From an uncultured bacterium (GTDB lineage Bacteria; Krumholzibacteriota; Krumholzibacteriia; LZORAL124-64-63), in the NCBI GenBank assembly GCA_963727525.1, contig CAVSGO010000005.1, forward strand, positions 736,001 to 800,000: DNA of 64,000 bases, written 5' to 3'. The translations under genes were made by a program, and so were the position numbers. The notes under the pieces are model-generated. The model saw only the letters and a list, made by a program, of their open reading frames with translations. It was not told the origin of the DNA and did not search any database. Each line of letters starts with the position of its first letter. The first letter of the stretch is position 1. Positions 1 to 11,624 of this stretch are shown one piece after another.

Positions 1-696
1 GCTCACGATCCAGTAGCGCTGCCGCGTGGCCTCGACGGTGGTGGTGCGCGTCTTGATCGTGATCTCTACCGGGTCGTTCAGATGCAGCTTGGCGACGCGG
101 CGGATGGCCGGCGGCATGGTCGCCGAGAAGAGGGCCACCTGACGCGTAGGCGGCGTCTGCTCGATGATCCAGGTGACGTCGTCGAGAAAGCCCATGCGCA
201 GCATCTCGTCGGCCTCGTCGAGGACCAGGAATGCGAGGTCGCCGAGTTCGAGCGTGCCACGCCGCAGATGGTCCATCACCCGGCCGGGCGTGCCGACCAC
301 CACGTGCACGCCCCGCGCGAGCCGACGGAACTGGCCCCCGTAGTCCTGGCCGCCGTAGATCGGCAGCACCTGGAAAGCCTTCAACTTCGACGCATAGCGC
401 TGGAAGGCCTCGGCCACCTGGATGGCGAGCTCCCGCGTGGGCGTGAGCACCAGGGCCTGAGGCGCGCGGTGCGCCAGCTCGAGGCGGGTGAGGATGGGTA
501 GCGCGAATGCCGCGGTCTTGCCGGTACCGGTCTGCGCCTGTCCCACGACGTCCCGGCCGGCCAGGAGATGGGGAATCAGCTCGGCCTGGACGGGCGACGG
601 GGTCTCGTAGCCCACCGCGTCCAGGGCCGCGAGCACGGGCTTGCTGAGCCCGAGGTTCGCGAACCCGGGCTCGTTGACATCGTCGAGAGTCAGCAT
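1..696 (-). CDS. deaD: DEAD-box RNA helicase (DeaD/CsdA-like), N-terminal part; runs off the window edge
   Basis: Manual translation from ATG at 696: MLTLDDVNEPGFANLGLSKPVLAALDAVGYETPSPVQ...GQAQTGTGKTAAF (Q motif and Walker A), later PTRELA, LDEADEML and FSATM motifs. Absent from the ORF track because it is open at the edge. Confidence 0.85.
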   Translation of the reverse strand, partial: MLTLDDVNEPGFANLGLSKPVLAALDAVGYETPSPVQAELIPHLLAGRDVVGQAQTGTGKTAAFALPILTRLELAHRAPQALVLTPTRELAIQVAEAFQRYASKLKAFQVLPIYGGQDYGGQFRRLARGVHVVVGTPGRVMDHLRRGTLELGDLAFLVLDEADEMLRMGFLDDVTWIIEQTPPTRQVALFSATMPPAIRRVAKLHLNDPVEITIKTRTTTVEATRQRYWIVS

Positions 697-790
697 GGGG
701 ACACCTGCTCGGGATGGGGAAAGGGCGTTTGCCCGCCAAGGTAGGCAACGGAGGCCGCCGGGACCAATGCCGTCTCGCGGTCGCCCGTGA

Positions 791-1381
791 TCAGATGTGC
801 TTGCCCCGCTCCCAGCCGTCGGCCGTGAGCCACTGGCGTGCCGAGGCCTCCGCATCCTCCTCGAGGGTGGTGGCCATGCTGTCGTTCCAGCGGTTGAGGT
901 AGCCGAAGAGGGCGATCACGCCGAGCATCTCCACGATCTCGCCATCGTCCCAGTGGGCGTGCAGCCGCGCCTGCACGCCGGCATCGACGGCGTTGGGTAC
1001 GGTGGAGGCGGCGAGGGCGAAGTCGAGCGCGGCGCGTTCAGCCTCGTTGAAGGCGGGGTGCGTGCGGTAGTCCCAGATGTGTACGAGCTGCTCCGTCGGC
1101 GCGCCGTAGCGCTCGGCGGCGCGCACGGTGTGCGCCTCGCAGTACCGGCAGCCGGCGGCGCGGCTCGCCACATAACCGATGAGCCGCTTGAGCGCGCTGG
1201 TCACGCGCCCCTCGTTGGCCATCACGGCCATGTTGAGCTGGATGAACGCGCTCGCGATCGCGGGGCGGTGCTGCATCGTCAGCACGCTGTTGGGGCAGAA
1301 GCCGAGGGTCTCGTCGAAGAAGCGCGCGAGGGCCCGCACCTCCGCGTCGGCATCCGGTGGCAGCGGGGCGACCAGGGGCAT
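791..1381 (-). CDS. Carboxymuconolactone decarboxylase / AhpD-like peroxidase family protein
   Basis: 196 aa, CRYCEAH (CxxC-H) motif, 'LGFCPNS' and 'EIVEMLGVIALFGYLNRWND' segments typical of the family. Confidence 0.85.
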   Translation of the reverse strand: MPLVAPLPPDADAEVRALARFFDETLGFCPNSVLTMQHRPAIASAFIQLNMAVMANEGRVTSALKRLIGYVASRAAGCRYCEAHTVRAAERYGAPTEQLVHIWDYRTHPAFNEAERAALDFALAASTVPNAVDAGVQARLHAHWDDGEIVEMLGVIALFGYLNRWNDSMATTLEEDAEASARQWLTADGWERGKHI

Positions 1382-1400
1382 GGGTATCTCCTCGGTAGAC

Positions 1401-2186
1401 TCAATCGAGTGAGACGTCGCCGACCACGCACGACGTCATGCTGATCCCGCCCTCGATCCGCGCGTTGAGGATCGTCAGCGGTTCCCCGAGCCTCTGCGTG
1501 GCGACGATATACAGCAGGGGCAGGTAGTGCTCGGGGGTGGGTACGGCCTGCCGGGCATCGTTACCCAGCGACTCGTGGGCGACGAGCGTGGCATGTTCGC
1601 GTTCACGCAGGCGGCGGCGCACCTCGGCGTCGAAACGCACGGCCCACTCTGCGGGCGGCGCGCCAGGCTTCCAGGCGCCCAGATTGTGCACGATGTTGCC
1701 CGTGCCGAGAATCATCACACCCTCGTCGCGCAGGGGCGCGAGCTGCTTGCCCACGCCGTAGTGATAGGAGCCCGGCTTGGTGGTGTCGAGGCTGAGCTGC
1801 ACCACCGGCACATCGGCATCCGGGTACATCGCGCGCAGCACGCTCCATACGCCGTGATCGAAGCCTCGCGAGGGATCGGGCTGGACCGGAACGGTGGCCA
1901 CGAGATCGATCACCCGCTGCGCAAGCGCCGGATCGCCCGGGGCCGGGTACTGTACCGCGTAGAGTTCCTCCGGAAAACCGGAGAAATCGTGGATCGTCTC
2001 GGGACGTCCGGCGGTCGTCACGGACACACCGCGCGTCTCCCAGTGGGCCGAGATCGCGAGGATGGCGTGCGGTCGCGGAAAAGCCGCCGCCAGCGATCGC
2101 CACACCCGCTGGTCGTTGGTCTCGGTGATCGCATTCATCGGACTGCCGTGTCCGAGGAACAGGGCCGGCTGGCGCTGTGCCATCAT
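1401..2186 (-). CDS. ygiD: 4,5-DOPA extradiol dioxygenase (LigB/YgiD family)
   Basis: PALFLGHGSPMNA, ISAHWET, TIHDFSGFP, RGFDHGVW, PTPEHYLPLLY motifs. Confidence 0.88.
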   Translation of the reverse strand: MMAQRQPALFLGHGSPMNAITETNDQRVWRSLAAAFPRPHAILAISAHWETRGVSVTTAGRPETIHDFSGFPEELYAVQYPAPGDPALAQRVIDLVATVPVQPDPSRGFDHGVWSVLRAMYPDADVPVVQLSLDTTKPGSYHYGVGKQLAPLRDEGVMILGTGNIVHNLGAWKPGAPPAEWAVRFDAEVRRRLREREHATLVAHESLGNDARQAVPTPEHYLPLLYIVATQRLGEPLTILNARIEGGISMTSCVVGDVSLD

Positions 2187-2384
2187 GATCGCCTCCTGTG
2201 CGCTTCTTCTGGCAAGTAAGTGACGATCGTACGGATTCGCCGCCAGTGGCGTCTGAGCGTGACGGTTCGCCGCGGGTGAGACTTTTCACCACAGGACGTT
2301 GCGGGGGGCCCGTGGCGAGGGCCGTCCATCGGAAGTCATTGTTCAGCAATGAGCTAGCCGCTTCCCCAGCCTCATCCCCGCCTC

Positions 2385-2400
2385 CTGGCACGTCCCCTGC
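2385..2400 (+). promoter_or_regulatory. Putative sigma54 (-24/-12) promoter for the downstream lipoprotein
   Basis: CTGGCACGTCCCCTGC = GG-N10-GC with TGGCACG consensus, ~50 nt before the ATG at 2450; AT-rich IHF-like site at ~2333-2356. Confidence 0.6.
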
Positions 2401-2449
2401 CAGGAATGGCGTGATCGAGTCGACCACCACCCCGGCAAGGAGCACGACC

Positions 2450-3253
2450 ATGAAGCGCACCCCGACCCTCGCGACGAGCCTCCTGGTGATCCTCGCCCTG
2501 CTGGCCGGCCTCGGCGGCTGCAGCAGCGACGATCAGACCACGGCACCCACGGAACAGGCTCCCACCCTGCCCGATCCTGCCCAGCTCTCGGTGAACCTCG
2601 ACTTCTTCGCCGATGGGGCCGGCCTGTCCGGCAAGGCATTCGGCCACCAGAACTTCTACAACGCGTACCTGCGCGCCGTCATCGTCGGTGCCACGACCGA
2701 CCTCGTGCTGGCTCCTCCGGTGGCGGCCTTCTCCCTCGCGCTGCACACCGTGCCCAACCATCAGCAAGACGGCTCCTGGATCTGGGTCTACACCTTCGTC
2801 GATGGCAGCGACGAGGCCCAGGTGCGCCTGCGCGGCACGCTCGACGGCGACGCGGTGATCTGGGAGATGCGCGTCTCCTATGGCACGGTGGACCAAAAGT
2901 TGTGGTTCGACGGCTCCACCCAGAACGAAGGCGACACCGGTCACTGGACGTTCTACGACATCGAGCAGGGCGGCATGGCGTGCGCCACCCTCGACTGGAC
3001 CAACGACGGCGACTTCCACCAGCTGACCCTCGCCGCTCTCTCCGGCGTCGACGCGGGCGACTCGCTCGCCCTCGCACGCGATGGCGACGACGCGCGCATC
3101 GACTTCACCGACGCCAGCGCCGAGGCGACCTTCTTCATCCGCTGGAACGAGGCCGACGGTACGGGCAGCCTGCAGGTGCCCGACTACAACAACGGCGAGG
3201 AAGCGTGCTGGGACGAGAACCAGTGGGACGTGGACTGCACCCCCGCACCCTGA
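2450..3253 (+). CDS. Hypothetical lipoprotein, acidic and beta-rich
   Basis: AGGAG RBS before ATG 2450; MKRTPTLATSLLVILALLAGLGG-C signal peptide II with lipobox. Confidence 0.75.
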   Translation: MKRTPTLATSLLVILALLAGLGGCSSDDQTTAPTEQAPTLPDPAQLSVNLDFFADGAGLSGKAFGHQNFYNAYLRAVIVGATTDLVLAPPVAAFSLALHTVPNHQQDGSWIWVYTFVDGSDEAQVRLRGTLDGDAVIWEMRVSYGTVDQKLWFDGSTQNEGDTGHWTFYDIEQGGMACATLDWTNDGDFHQLTLAALSGVDAGDSLALARDGDDARIDFTDASAEATFFIRWNEADGTGSLQVPDYNNGEEACWDENQWDVDCTPAP

Positions 3254-3275
3254 CGCGGCATCTTCCTGGACACGC

Positions 3276-3306
3276 GAACGGGCGGTTCATCGCGAGCCGC
3301 CCGTTC
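3276..3306. terminator. GC-rich hairpin between convergent genes
   Basis: GAACGGGCGGTTC-atcgc-GAGCCGCCCGTTC inverted repeat; no clear U-tract. Confidence 0.5.
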
Positions 3307-3322
3307 CGTCCACGCCTCGCCG

Positions 3323-3949
3323 CTACAACCAGACACCGATGCCCACCGTGAGCTTGCTGGCGATGCCCGAATCGTCGATCGGCTGCCGCACCGAGATACG
3401 ACCCGAGGGGGTATCGATGGTCGCGTTGACGTCGTTCCAGTTCACGCCCTCGAGGCGCAGCGAGCCGTGCAACGTCACCCGGCTGCCGAGTTCCAGGTGC
3501 ATGCCGGCGCCGAACGACACGCCACCACCCCTGGCCTCGTAGTGCAGGTCGTCCTGGTCGGAGTCGAGCCGGAACCCGCCGAGGCCGCCGAAGATGTACG
3601 GCCGGAAGCGCCGGCCCGGCCGGAACAGGTACAAGGCATCGAAGGTGCTGGAGCTGAAGCGGATCTCGATGTCGGCCACGTTCGTGGGATGGACGGCCGC
3701 CGCGGCGTAGAGCCGCACCATGAACGTCGGCGAGATCAGGTATCCGATCTGCAACGCGCCGCCGCCCGCCGTCTCGTCGACGACGACGACGTCGGCGTTG
3801 TCATCCCTCCCGATGGTGCTGGCCAGCCCATCGAGCCCGATGAGCCAGTTCCCCTGCCAGGCTGCGGCAGGCACCGCCGTGGCAACGACGACAAGTCCGA
3901 GAACGAGCGCGAAGCCCACGCGCGGATTGGTCCCGAGATTGCGATGCAT
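3323..3949 (-). CDS. Small outer-membrane beta-barrel protein (OmpA/OmpW-like barrel)
   Basis: Signal peptide, amphipathic strands (RPYIFGGLGG, SFGAGMHLEL), C-terminal LTVGIGVWL. Confidence 0.7.
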   Translation of the reverse strand: MHRNLGTNPRVGFALVLGLVVVATAVPAAAWQGNWLIGLDGLASTIGRDDNADVVVVDETAGGGALQIGYLISPTFMVRLYAAAAVHPTNVADIEIRFSSSTFDALYLFRPGRRFRPYIFGGLGGFRLDSDQDDLHYEARGGGVSFGAGMHLELGSRVTLHGSLRLEGVNWNDVNATIDTPSGRISVRQPIDDSGIASKLTVGIGVWL

Positions 3950-3955
3950 GAACGG

Positions 3956-5355
<1,400 letters not shown>

Positions 5356-5371
<16 letters not shown>

Positions 5372-6807
5372 GACGTCTCCTTGGAACTCGTCTGATCGGG
5401 CCGCCCCTGCGGCACGGTGACGGTGAACGTGGTGCCGGCACCAGGCACGGAGTCCACCGCGATGGTACCGCCGTGGCCGGCGACGATGCCGTCGACGATG
5501 GGCAGACCCAGGCCGAGACCCTCGCGATCGGTGGTGAAGTCGGGTTCGAAGATGCGCGCCCGGTTCTCCGGCGTGATACCGTCGCCGGCATCGTGCACGG
5601 TGACGACGACCATGGCACTCGCGATGTGCGCACCCAGAGTCACTCGTTCCGGGCGGCCCGCGCGTCGACAGGCCGCCAGGCCGTTGTCGATGAGGTTGAC
5701 GAGGGCCCGCCGGATCTGCGCCGCATCGAGCACCACCGTGATCGCACCGGCGGGCAGATCCGTCGCGAGACGTTCGCCGTAGAGCCGCGCGAGGTCATCC
5801 ACGAGCGCACGCACGTCGACGCCGTTCAGCTCCGGCGCCGGAAGCCGCGCGAAGTCGGAGAACGAGCGCACGAGGTTGCGCAGGCTCGTCACCTCCTCGG
5901 TGACGATGGTCTCGCAGTCGGCGAGCACGGTGGCGTGCTGGGTGTCGTCGCCGCGGTAGCTGCGCCGCGACTCCTGCACGGCGAGCAGGATGGGCGTGAG
6001 CGGGTTCTTCACCTCGTGCGCGAGGGTGCGGGCCATCACGCGCCAGGCGGCCACCTTCTCCAGCCGCGCCAGCTCGCGGCGTTGCACCTCGAGGCGCGCC
6101 GTCATGGTGTTGAGGGCCCGGGCGAGTTCGCCGATCTCGCCGGGGGCGCGTTCCGCGACCCGGGTGGTGAAGTCGCCCTCGGCGATGCGCGCGGTGGCGA
6201 GGGCCATGGTCTCCAGGGGTCGTACGACGCTCCGGGCGAGCAACGCGGCCAGGGCGAGCGCCAGCAGCGCCAGCAGCGCGTACACGACCAGGAAGGGCAG
6301 CACGTAGCTGCGCAGGATGGCGCGCCGATCGAGGCGGAACGCCGCCGTCAGCCGCATCGCCTCACTCAGGCTCGCGGCCCGCATCGCCATCTCCGGCGGC
6401 AGCGCCTGCGCCACCACCACGCGGCTGCCGTCGACGCGCGTGCGGCGCGCGGCGAGGTAGCCGCCCACCTGGCGGGGCTCGTCGCCGAGCTGCGGCGCCG
6501 CGTCGAGCAGGCCGGACATGACCGTCGCCGCCGGCACGGGCATGCCGCCGCCATCGAGTACGATCAGATCGCCGTCTGCGCCCCGAGCGAGTGCGGCGTC
6601 GGCCGCGGCGACGAAGGAGGTCTTGCGCTCGCGCAGCACGAGGCGCGACTCCTCCACGCCCGCGGCGAGCCCCCGCGACACGACATCCTGCAGCGCCGGG
6701 TTCAGGCTGCGTTGCAGGAGGCTGCGCACGAGCAACGACGCCGGCACCGCCGGCAGCAGCGTCAGCAGGAGGCTGGCCACGAGCATGCGCGACCTAATCC
6801 GTCGCAT
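5356..6807 (-). CDS. HAMP-domain sensor histidine kinase (NtrY-like)
   Basis: Two TM segments, HAMP, LAHEVKNPLTPI H-box, NLIDNG, DAGDGI, GLGLGLPIV; likely start MRRIRSR at 6807, overlapping the upstream gene. Confidence 0.9.
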
Positions 6808-7435
6808 CGGGCAGGTCCTCCTTGCGGAAGGTGGCCGAGGTCGCGGACCCGACAGCGTCGTCGCGATCGGTGCCACCCTTGTAGAAGAGCCGGATCAGGC
6901 GGCTCAGCCCCACCGACACCTCCTGTCCGTCCGGACCGGCGACCATGGCCTCCACCTGCTCGCGCTCGCTCGGCGCGATGGCGTGCAGGCGCAGGGCCGC
7001 GCGCAGGCGCAACGGTGTGGCGGCCGCGATGGCCGACAGCGGCGCCACCGGTAACCACGGCGGCCGCGCGAGCCAGTCCGCGAGCGCGTCGAAGCTGGGG
7101 AGCTGCACCGCGTCCTCGCCCATGGCGATGGTGTAGACCTCGTCCCACAGATCGTAGCTCAGCCGCAGACGCACCATGTGGCCGGCGACAGTGTGGTCGG
7201 CGGCGTCGAGCAGATCGATGCGCAGGTCCACGGCCGACACCAGTCCGCTCTGCAGCGTCGACGCGATGCGCTCGCCCGGCAGCCCAGACGTGGACAGTCG
7301 ACACACGAGCAACGCGCCACGCCGGCCGGGCTCCACCGACGCCACGTGCGGATCGGCCGCGCGCGCCAGCCCCGCGACCAGCAGCATGCAGCCGAGGATC
7401 GCCCCTGCGGGCCGCCGCCCCATCAGAAGTTCCAT
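6794..7435 (-). CDS. DUF4390-like exported protein
   Basis: Signal peptide, 'LQSGL', 'LSYDLWDEVY' pattern, and position directly upstream of an NtrY/NtrX-like pair. Confidence 0.6.
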   Translation of the reverse strand: MELLMGRRPAGAILGCMLLVAGLARAADPHVASVEPGRRGALLVCRLSTSGLPGERIASTLQSGLVSAVDLRIDLLDAADHTVAGHMVRLRLSYDLWDEVYTIAMGEDAVQLPSFDALADWLARPPWLPVAPLSAIAAATPLRLRAALRLHAIAPSEREQVEAMVAGPDGQEVSVGLSRLIRLFYKGGTDRDDAVGSATSATFRKEDLPDATD

Positions 7436-8811
7436 CCGAGGGCGGCGTGGGCGTGGAAGACGTCGTCCACCGGGCCCTGGCGCAGGGGCAGGCCGACGTC
7501 GAGACCGAGCCAGAGGAATGATGCGAGGCGGTAGCGTAGACCCCAGCCGGCGCTGGTCGTGATGTCGCTCAGGTGCGGGCGCTCGCCCGGGCCACCGCCC
7601 TGCCCGGCATCGAGGAAGAGCGAGCCGACCAGCCGCGGCCTAGCCACCGAACCGACGAGCGCGGCTCGGTATTCCAGCGACCCGTGGTAGAGCCAGGTGC
7701 CGCCACCGGGTGCGCTGAGCGACTGGCTCGGCACCCCGCGCAGCGAGTAGAGGCCGCCGAGGTAGAGCCGGTCGTAGAATGGTGCCGGCTTCTCGACGAC
7801 ATCGCCGGCCAGGCGCAGGGCGAGCACGCCCCCGGGAGCGGCGTGATAGGCGCGCAGATCGACGGAAGCGCCCGCGAAATCACCGGCATCGTCGGCCGTG
7901 TGCTGGACACGCAGGCGACCCCACAGGCCCGACGCTGCCGAGCCGGCGCGCAGGCCGCGACGCGTGTCGAGCACGAGATCGGCGCTGGCGATGGCGCGCT
8001 TGCGGTCCCCGGCCCCGGCTGCGATGGCCGACGGGAGGTCGACGAAGGCGACGCGGTCGCCGGCATGGGCGTCGGCCACCTCGCTGTCCTGCCACACCTC
8101 GCTCGTCGAGTCGGCCCTGGCCGTCTCGCCGCGCAGGCCCGCGCTGAGGCGCCAGTGGGCGCCCAGGTGCCGCGTCACCGTCAGGCCGACCGTGCCTCGC
8201 GTCACCTTGTGCGCGTACTCGACACCGTCCTGGAAGTAGATGCGGTCGCTGCCCAGCACGGAGGTCGCCATTTCCCACGACCAGCGCGCGCCCGGCGCCG
8301 TACCCTCGCGGTAGTACGCGCTGACCCCCGCGAGGCGATACCCCAACTTGAGCTGCAGCGCTGCCTGCTCGCCCCGCCCCAGCAGGTTGTTGAGCGACAG
8401 CTCGGCGGGGATGACGTACCAGCCGTCGAGATCGGAGTTGCCGGTGCCCAGGCGCACCTGTGGCCCGTTCTCCCGCACGTCGAGCACGAGAACGAGCGCG
8501 CCGCGCTGGGACCCCGGCTCGGTGTAGAAGTCGATCCGCTGGAAGAGATCCCGGGACCGCAGAGCGTCGACGGCCGCCGTCAACTCGTCCTGATCCACCA
8601 CCTGACCGGGCCGCAGACCCAGCTCCCGCTGGACGACCTCGTCCGACGTGCGCCCGTTACCAGAGACTTCGATGCGCTCGAGGGTGAGCGTCCGCGCCGC
8701 CGCCGTGGCCGGACGCGGCGCCGCCAGCCCGACCAGCAGGCAGGCCAGTACGCACGCGCCCATGAGGACGGAGCGTGAGCACCGGGTGCGGCGATTGGAA
8801 CGTGGCGCCAT
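7423..8811 (-). CDS. Omp85 (BamA/TamA) family outer-membrane protein with a single POTRA domain
   Basis: IEVSGNGRTSDEVVQREL POTRA, LYLGGLYSLRG loop-6-like motif, FLDAG, C-terminal GWNF; likely start MAPRS at 8811 with GGAG RBS. Confidence 0.85.
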   Translation of the reverse strand: MAPRSNRRTRCSRSVLMGACVLACLLVGLAAPRPATAAARTLTLERIEVSGNGRTSDEVVQRELGLRPGQVVDQDELTAAVDALRSRDLFQRIDFYTEPGSQRGALVLVLDVRENGPQVRLGTGNSDLDGWYVIPAELSLNNLLGRGEQAALQLKLGYRLAGVSAYYREGTAPGARWSWEMATSVLGSDRIYFQDGVEYAHKVTRGTVGLTVTRHLGAHWRLSAGLRGETARADSTSEVWQDSEVADAHAGDRVAFVDLPSAIAAGAGDRKRAIASADLVLDTRRGLRAGSAASGLWGRLRVQHTADDAGDFAGASVDLRAYHAAPGGVLALRLAGDVVEKPAPFYDRLYLGGLYSLRGVPSQSLSAPGGGTWLYHGSLEYRAALVGSVARPRLVGSLFLDAGQGGGPGERPHLSDITTSAGWGLRYRLASFLWLGLDVGLPLRQGPVDDVFHAHAALGWNF

Positions 8812-8845
8812 GGTCGTCTCCCGACGAGGTGTACGCACGACGATG

Positions 8846-8861
8846 GCAAGGATCATACCGG
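8846..8861 (-). promoter_or_regulatory. Putative sigma54 promoter of the Omp85-DUF4390-HK-RR-OMP operon
   Basis: Minus strand CCGGTATGATCCTTGC (GG-N10-GC, TTGC at -12); AT-rich IHF-like segment AAGTTATTATATTGCAATAGGTTA at ~8897-8920. Confidence 0.55.
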
Positions 8862-9077
8862 ATATGCGGGGATTGGCAACGCGGAGAACTCATGTCAAGT
8901 TATTATATTGCAATAGGTTAAAATATAGGCAAGAAACCGCCCCACGCTTCGCCGATCGGGGTGTGCCGTATCGCTACGGCGATTTTTCCCACCCACCCGA
9001 CGGTGCGGCAGGAGCTCTGCGGGAATGCCGGTAGCCAGCCGGCGGCCTCGAGTTGCTCGGCCAGGCGGCGCGAACCA

Positions 9078-11381
9078 TCACGACTGCCACAGGTACTGCA
9101 GCTTCACGAAGTACTGGCGGTCGGTGAGCCGATACAGCGACGACGCTCCGGGATCGGCAGCGTTGAAGTCGTGGTAGTCGCGCGTGGCGCCCAGGTAGAA
9201 GACGGAGAACGAGTTGAGCCGGTAGGTGATGAGCGGGTCGATCTCCCACTTGCGACCGAACACGATGTGGTACTCGGGGAAGTCGCCGGCCACGGCAGCG
9301 TCCTGGTAGTAGGGGCTGCGTGAATCGTTGAATTGCGCCACGAGGCGCACCGAGAGCCGCGGATCGATCTGTAGCCGCAATCGCGTGCGGACGATGGTCT
9401 GGCGAAAGAGCAGCGTTCCGGTGCCGGCCTGCTCGCTGCGCACGTAGTCGAGCGACGGCTCGAGGATGAGGCGATCAATGGGCTTGAACGCGAGCGACGC
9501 CGACGCGCTCACGAGATCGCCATGATCGAGGGTGAGCAGGGCCGGCCCGCGGCCCACCGCGTACGACGCGGAGAGGCCGAGGGTGCGCATGGGCCGGGAG
9601 TCGATGTCGATGCCGGCGTCGAGCTGATCACGGAACGCCACGCCACCCCACACCTCCTCGCCGAACTGGTAGTGCACGCCCACGTGCGTCTGTGCCGCGC
9701 GCAGGTACGTATCGGCGAAAACGTTAGCGTGGGCCCACTTGCGCTGGCCGGCGTAGTTCCAGCGCCCATCGACGACCACGCCCGGCACCACGCGCTCCAC
9801 CAGCCCGTGGTCGCGCCGCGCCACGTGTTCCAGGTAGATGAAACCGTTGCGCTGGTCGTTCCAGGGGTCGTAACCGGTCTGCGTGCGGTACTCGGGATCG
9901 ACCTCGTTGAAGTCGATCGTGATATTCCAGCGCGGCGAGCGCAGCCGCAGATCGGTGATCAGCGCGGGGCCCGAATACGACTCGCCATCGAGATCGACGG
10001 TGTGCTTGCCATCGGCGAAGGTTTCGCCGGGGCTCACGACGATGCCGCGCGGCTCTCGCGTGGCGCTGTGCACGAGCTGCGTGGCCCAGCTCAGCGTACT
10101 GCCCAGGCGGAGGCTGGCATCCACCGAGGCGATGGTGCCATGGCCGCCGCCATCGTAGCGGCGGTCGGTGATCATGGCCCCGATCTGCGAGTTCGGCCCA
10201 AGGCTGTGCAGACCGCGCAGGACGTTCACGGTGGAGTAGCCCATCGCCGCCGTGCGTGAGCGCTCCTCGAGGGGAATGATGTAGGGCGAGTGCTCGTCGC
10301 GCGCCATGAGGTAGGCCACGCTGGTGCCGTCCCAGCGAGCGGTTCCCTTGGCCGCCACCTGCGGGTCGTTCACCATGCGCGTGTAGAACGAGTTGAACAT
10401 GGTGCGAAAGAGATCGTTGCCCTCCTGGAAGAAGGGACGCTTCTCGGGATAGCGCAGCACGATCGTGGTGTTGACGTCGATCTGGTCGGCATCGGCCTCG
10501 ATCTGGCTGAAATCGGGATTGACGGTGCCCTCCGCCGTGAGGTCGCTCGATGGGGCGTACTTCACTCCGAGCGAGAGTTCGCCCCGAGAGCGGGCATCGG
10601 TGAGGCCGGAGTCGGCGTCTTGCGCGTCGCGAATGGTGCCGGTCTGGTAACCGATGAACGCCGGCAGCACCTCGAAGCCGCGTCCCGGGTGCAAGCCCGT
10701 GATGCCGGAAACCGTGCCGAACTGACAGGGAAAACACTGCTCGCTGCGATCGTTGGCCGCCCACGCGTACTGATGGCGCACATCGCGCGGATGGTTGCGC
10801 CAGAAGTTGATGCGCCAAGGCTGCTCGTTCGCGTCGGGAAAGCGCAGACCCGCGAGGGGGATCGCCATCTCCACGGTGTAGCCGTCGGCCGTGATGCGCC
10901 CGGCCGAGGTCCACACCATGTCGAATCCGTCGTCCTCACCCTGCACCGAGGTCCACATCGCGTCGTTCTGCACGCCGTACGGGTTGACGAAGAAGAAGTA
11001 CGCCCAGGTGCCGTCACCGAAGGTGTCGAGCATGAATCCCACGTCGTCGTCGGCGCTGCCGTAGAGATCGCGCTGGCACATCGTGGCACGGACCGCGGCG
11101 GAATCGTCGTGACAGACGAACGCGACGTAGAGATTCTCGTCGTCGTAGGTGAGCCAGGCCTCGGTGTCCACGAGCGGCGCGATCGCATCGCCTGGGCTGC
11201 GCTCGGCAAAACCGTCGGCGTGCCCGGCCGCGGCCCAGCCCGGATCGTCGAGGCGGCCGTCGATGGTGATGCGGCCGCTCGTGTGCGCGGTCTCCAGATG
11301 CGGCCGGTACTGCGGAGTGAACGCGCGGGCGCCGAGCGGTCCGAGCAGGGTGACGAGCAACACGGCGCCGGTGATTCGCAT
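9078..11381 (-). CDS. CBM9-like / DUF5916 outer-membrane protein
   Basis: IDGRLDDPGW, YDDENLYVAF, GYTVEMAIP, NPDFSQIEAD, EKRPFFQEG, C-terminal YFVKLQYLW. Confidence 0.85.
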   Translation of the reverse strand: MRITGAVLLVTLLGPLGARAFTPQYRPHLETAHTSGRITIDGRLDDPGWAAAGHADGFAERSPGDAIAPLVDTEAWLTYDDENLYVAFVCHDDSAAVRATMCQRDLYGSADDDVGFMLDTFGDGTWAYFFFVNPYGVQNDAMWTSVQGEDDGFDMVWTSAGRITADGYTVEMAIPLAGLRFPDANEQPWRINFWRNHPRDVRHQYAWAANDRSEQCFPCQFGTVSGITGLHPGRGFEVLPAFIGYQTGTIRDAQDADSGLTDARSRGELSLGVKYAPSSDLTAEGTVNPDFSQIEADADQIDVNTTIVLRYPEKRPFFQEGNDLFRTMFNSFYTRMVNDPQVAAKGTARWDGTSVAYLMARDEHSPYIIPLEERSRTAAMGYSTVNVLRGLHSLGPNSQIGAMITDRRYDGGGHGTIASVDASLRLGSTLSWATQLVHSATREPRGIVVSPGETFADGKHTVDLDGESYSGPALITDLRLRSPRWNITIDFNEVDPEYRTQTGYDPWNDQRNGFIYLEHVARRDHGLVERVVPGVVVDGRWNYAGQRKWAHANVFADTYLRAAQTHVGVHYQFGEEVWGGVAFRDQLDAGIDIDSRPMRTLGLSASYAVGRGPALLTLDHGDLVSASASLAFKPIDRLILEPSLDYVRSEQAGTGTLLFRQTIVRTRLRLQIDPRLSVRLVAQFNDSRSPYYQDAAVAGDFPEYHIVFGRKWEIDPLITYRLNSFSVFYLGATRDYHDFNAADPGASSLYRLTDRQYFVKLQYLWQS

Positions 11382-11624
11382 GGACGACTCCTATGGTGGG
11401 CGCCGGGTCGCCGGTGGGAGGCGTCCGGTCGCGTTCAGACCCGTCACTACGGATACCGGAGCAAAAAAGATGCATGCACGCATCGCACGCGTGGCACCAG
11501 AGGCAACTCACTGAACCCCAACCTGTTCCATCGATATTGGAGACGGTCACGCCTGTTCCCGCCACACCGATTCGAGGACCGGGATGACCGGATCAGCCCG
11601 TCTCGGCCGCACGTCCCACTGGAC

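Noticed and set aside
11460..11480. sigma54 promoter upstream of the CBM9/DUF5916 gene
   Set aside because: TTGC is present at -12, but the -24 position reads TG instead of the required GG.
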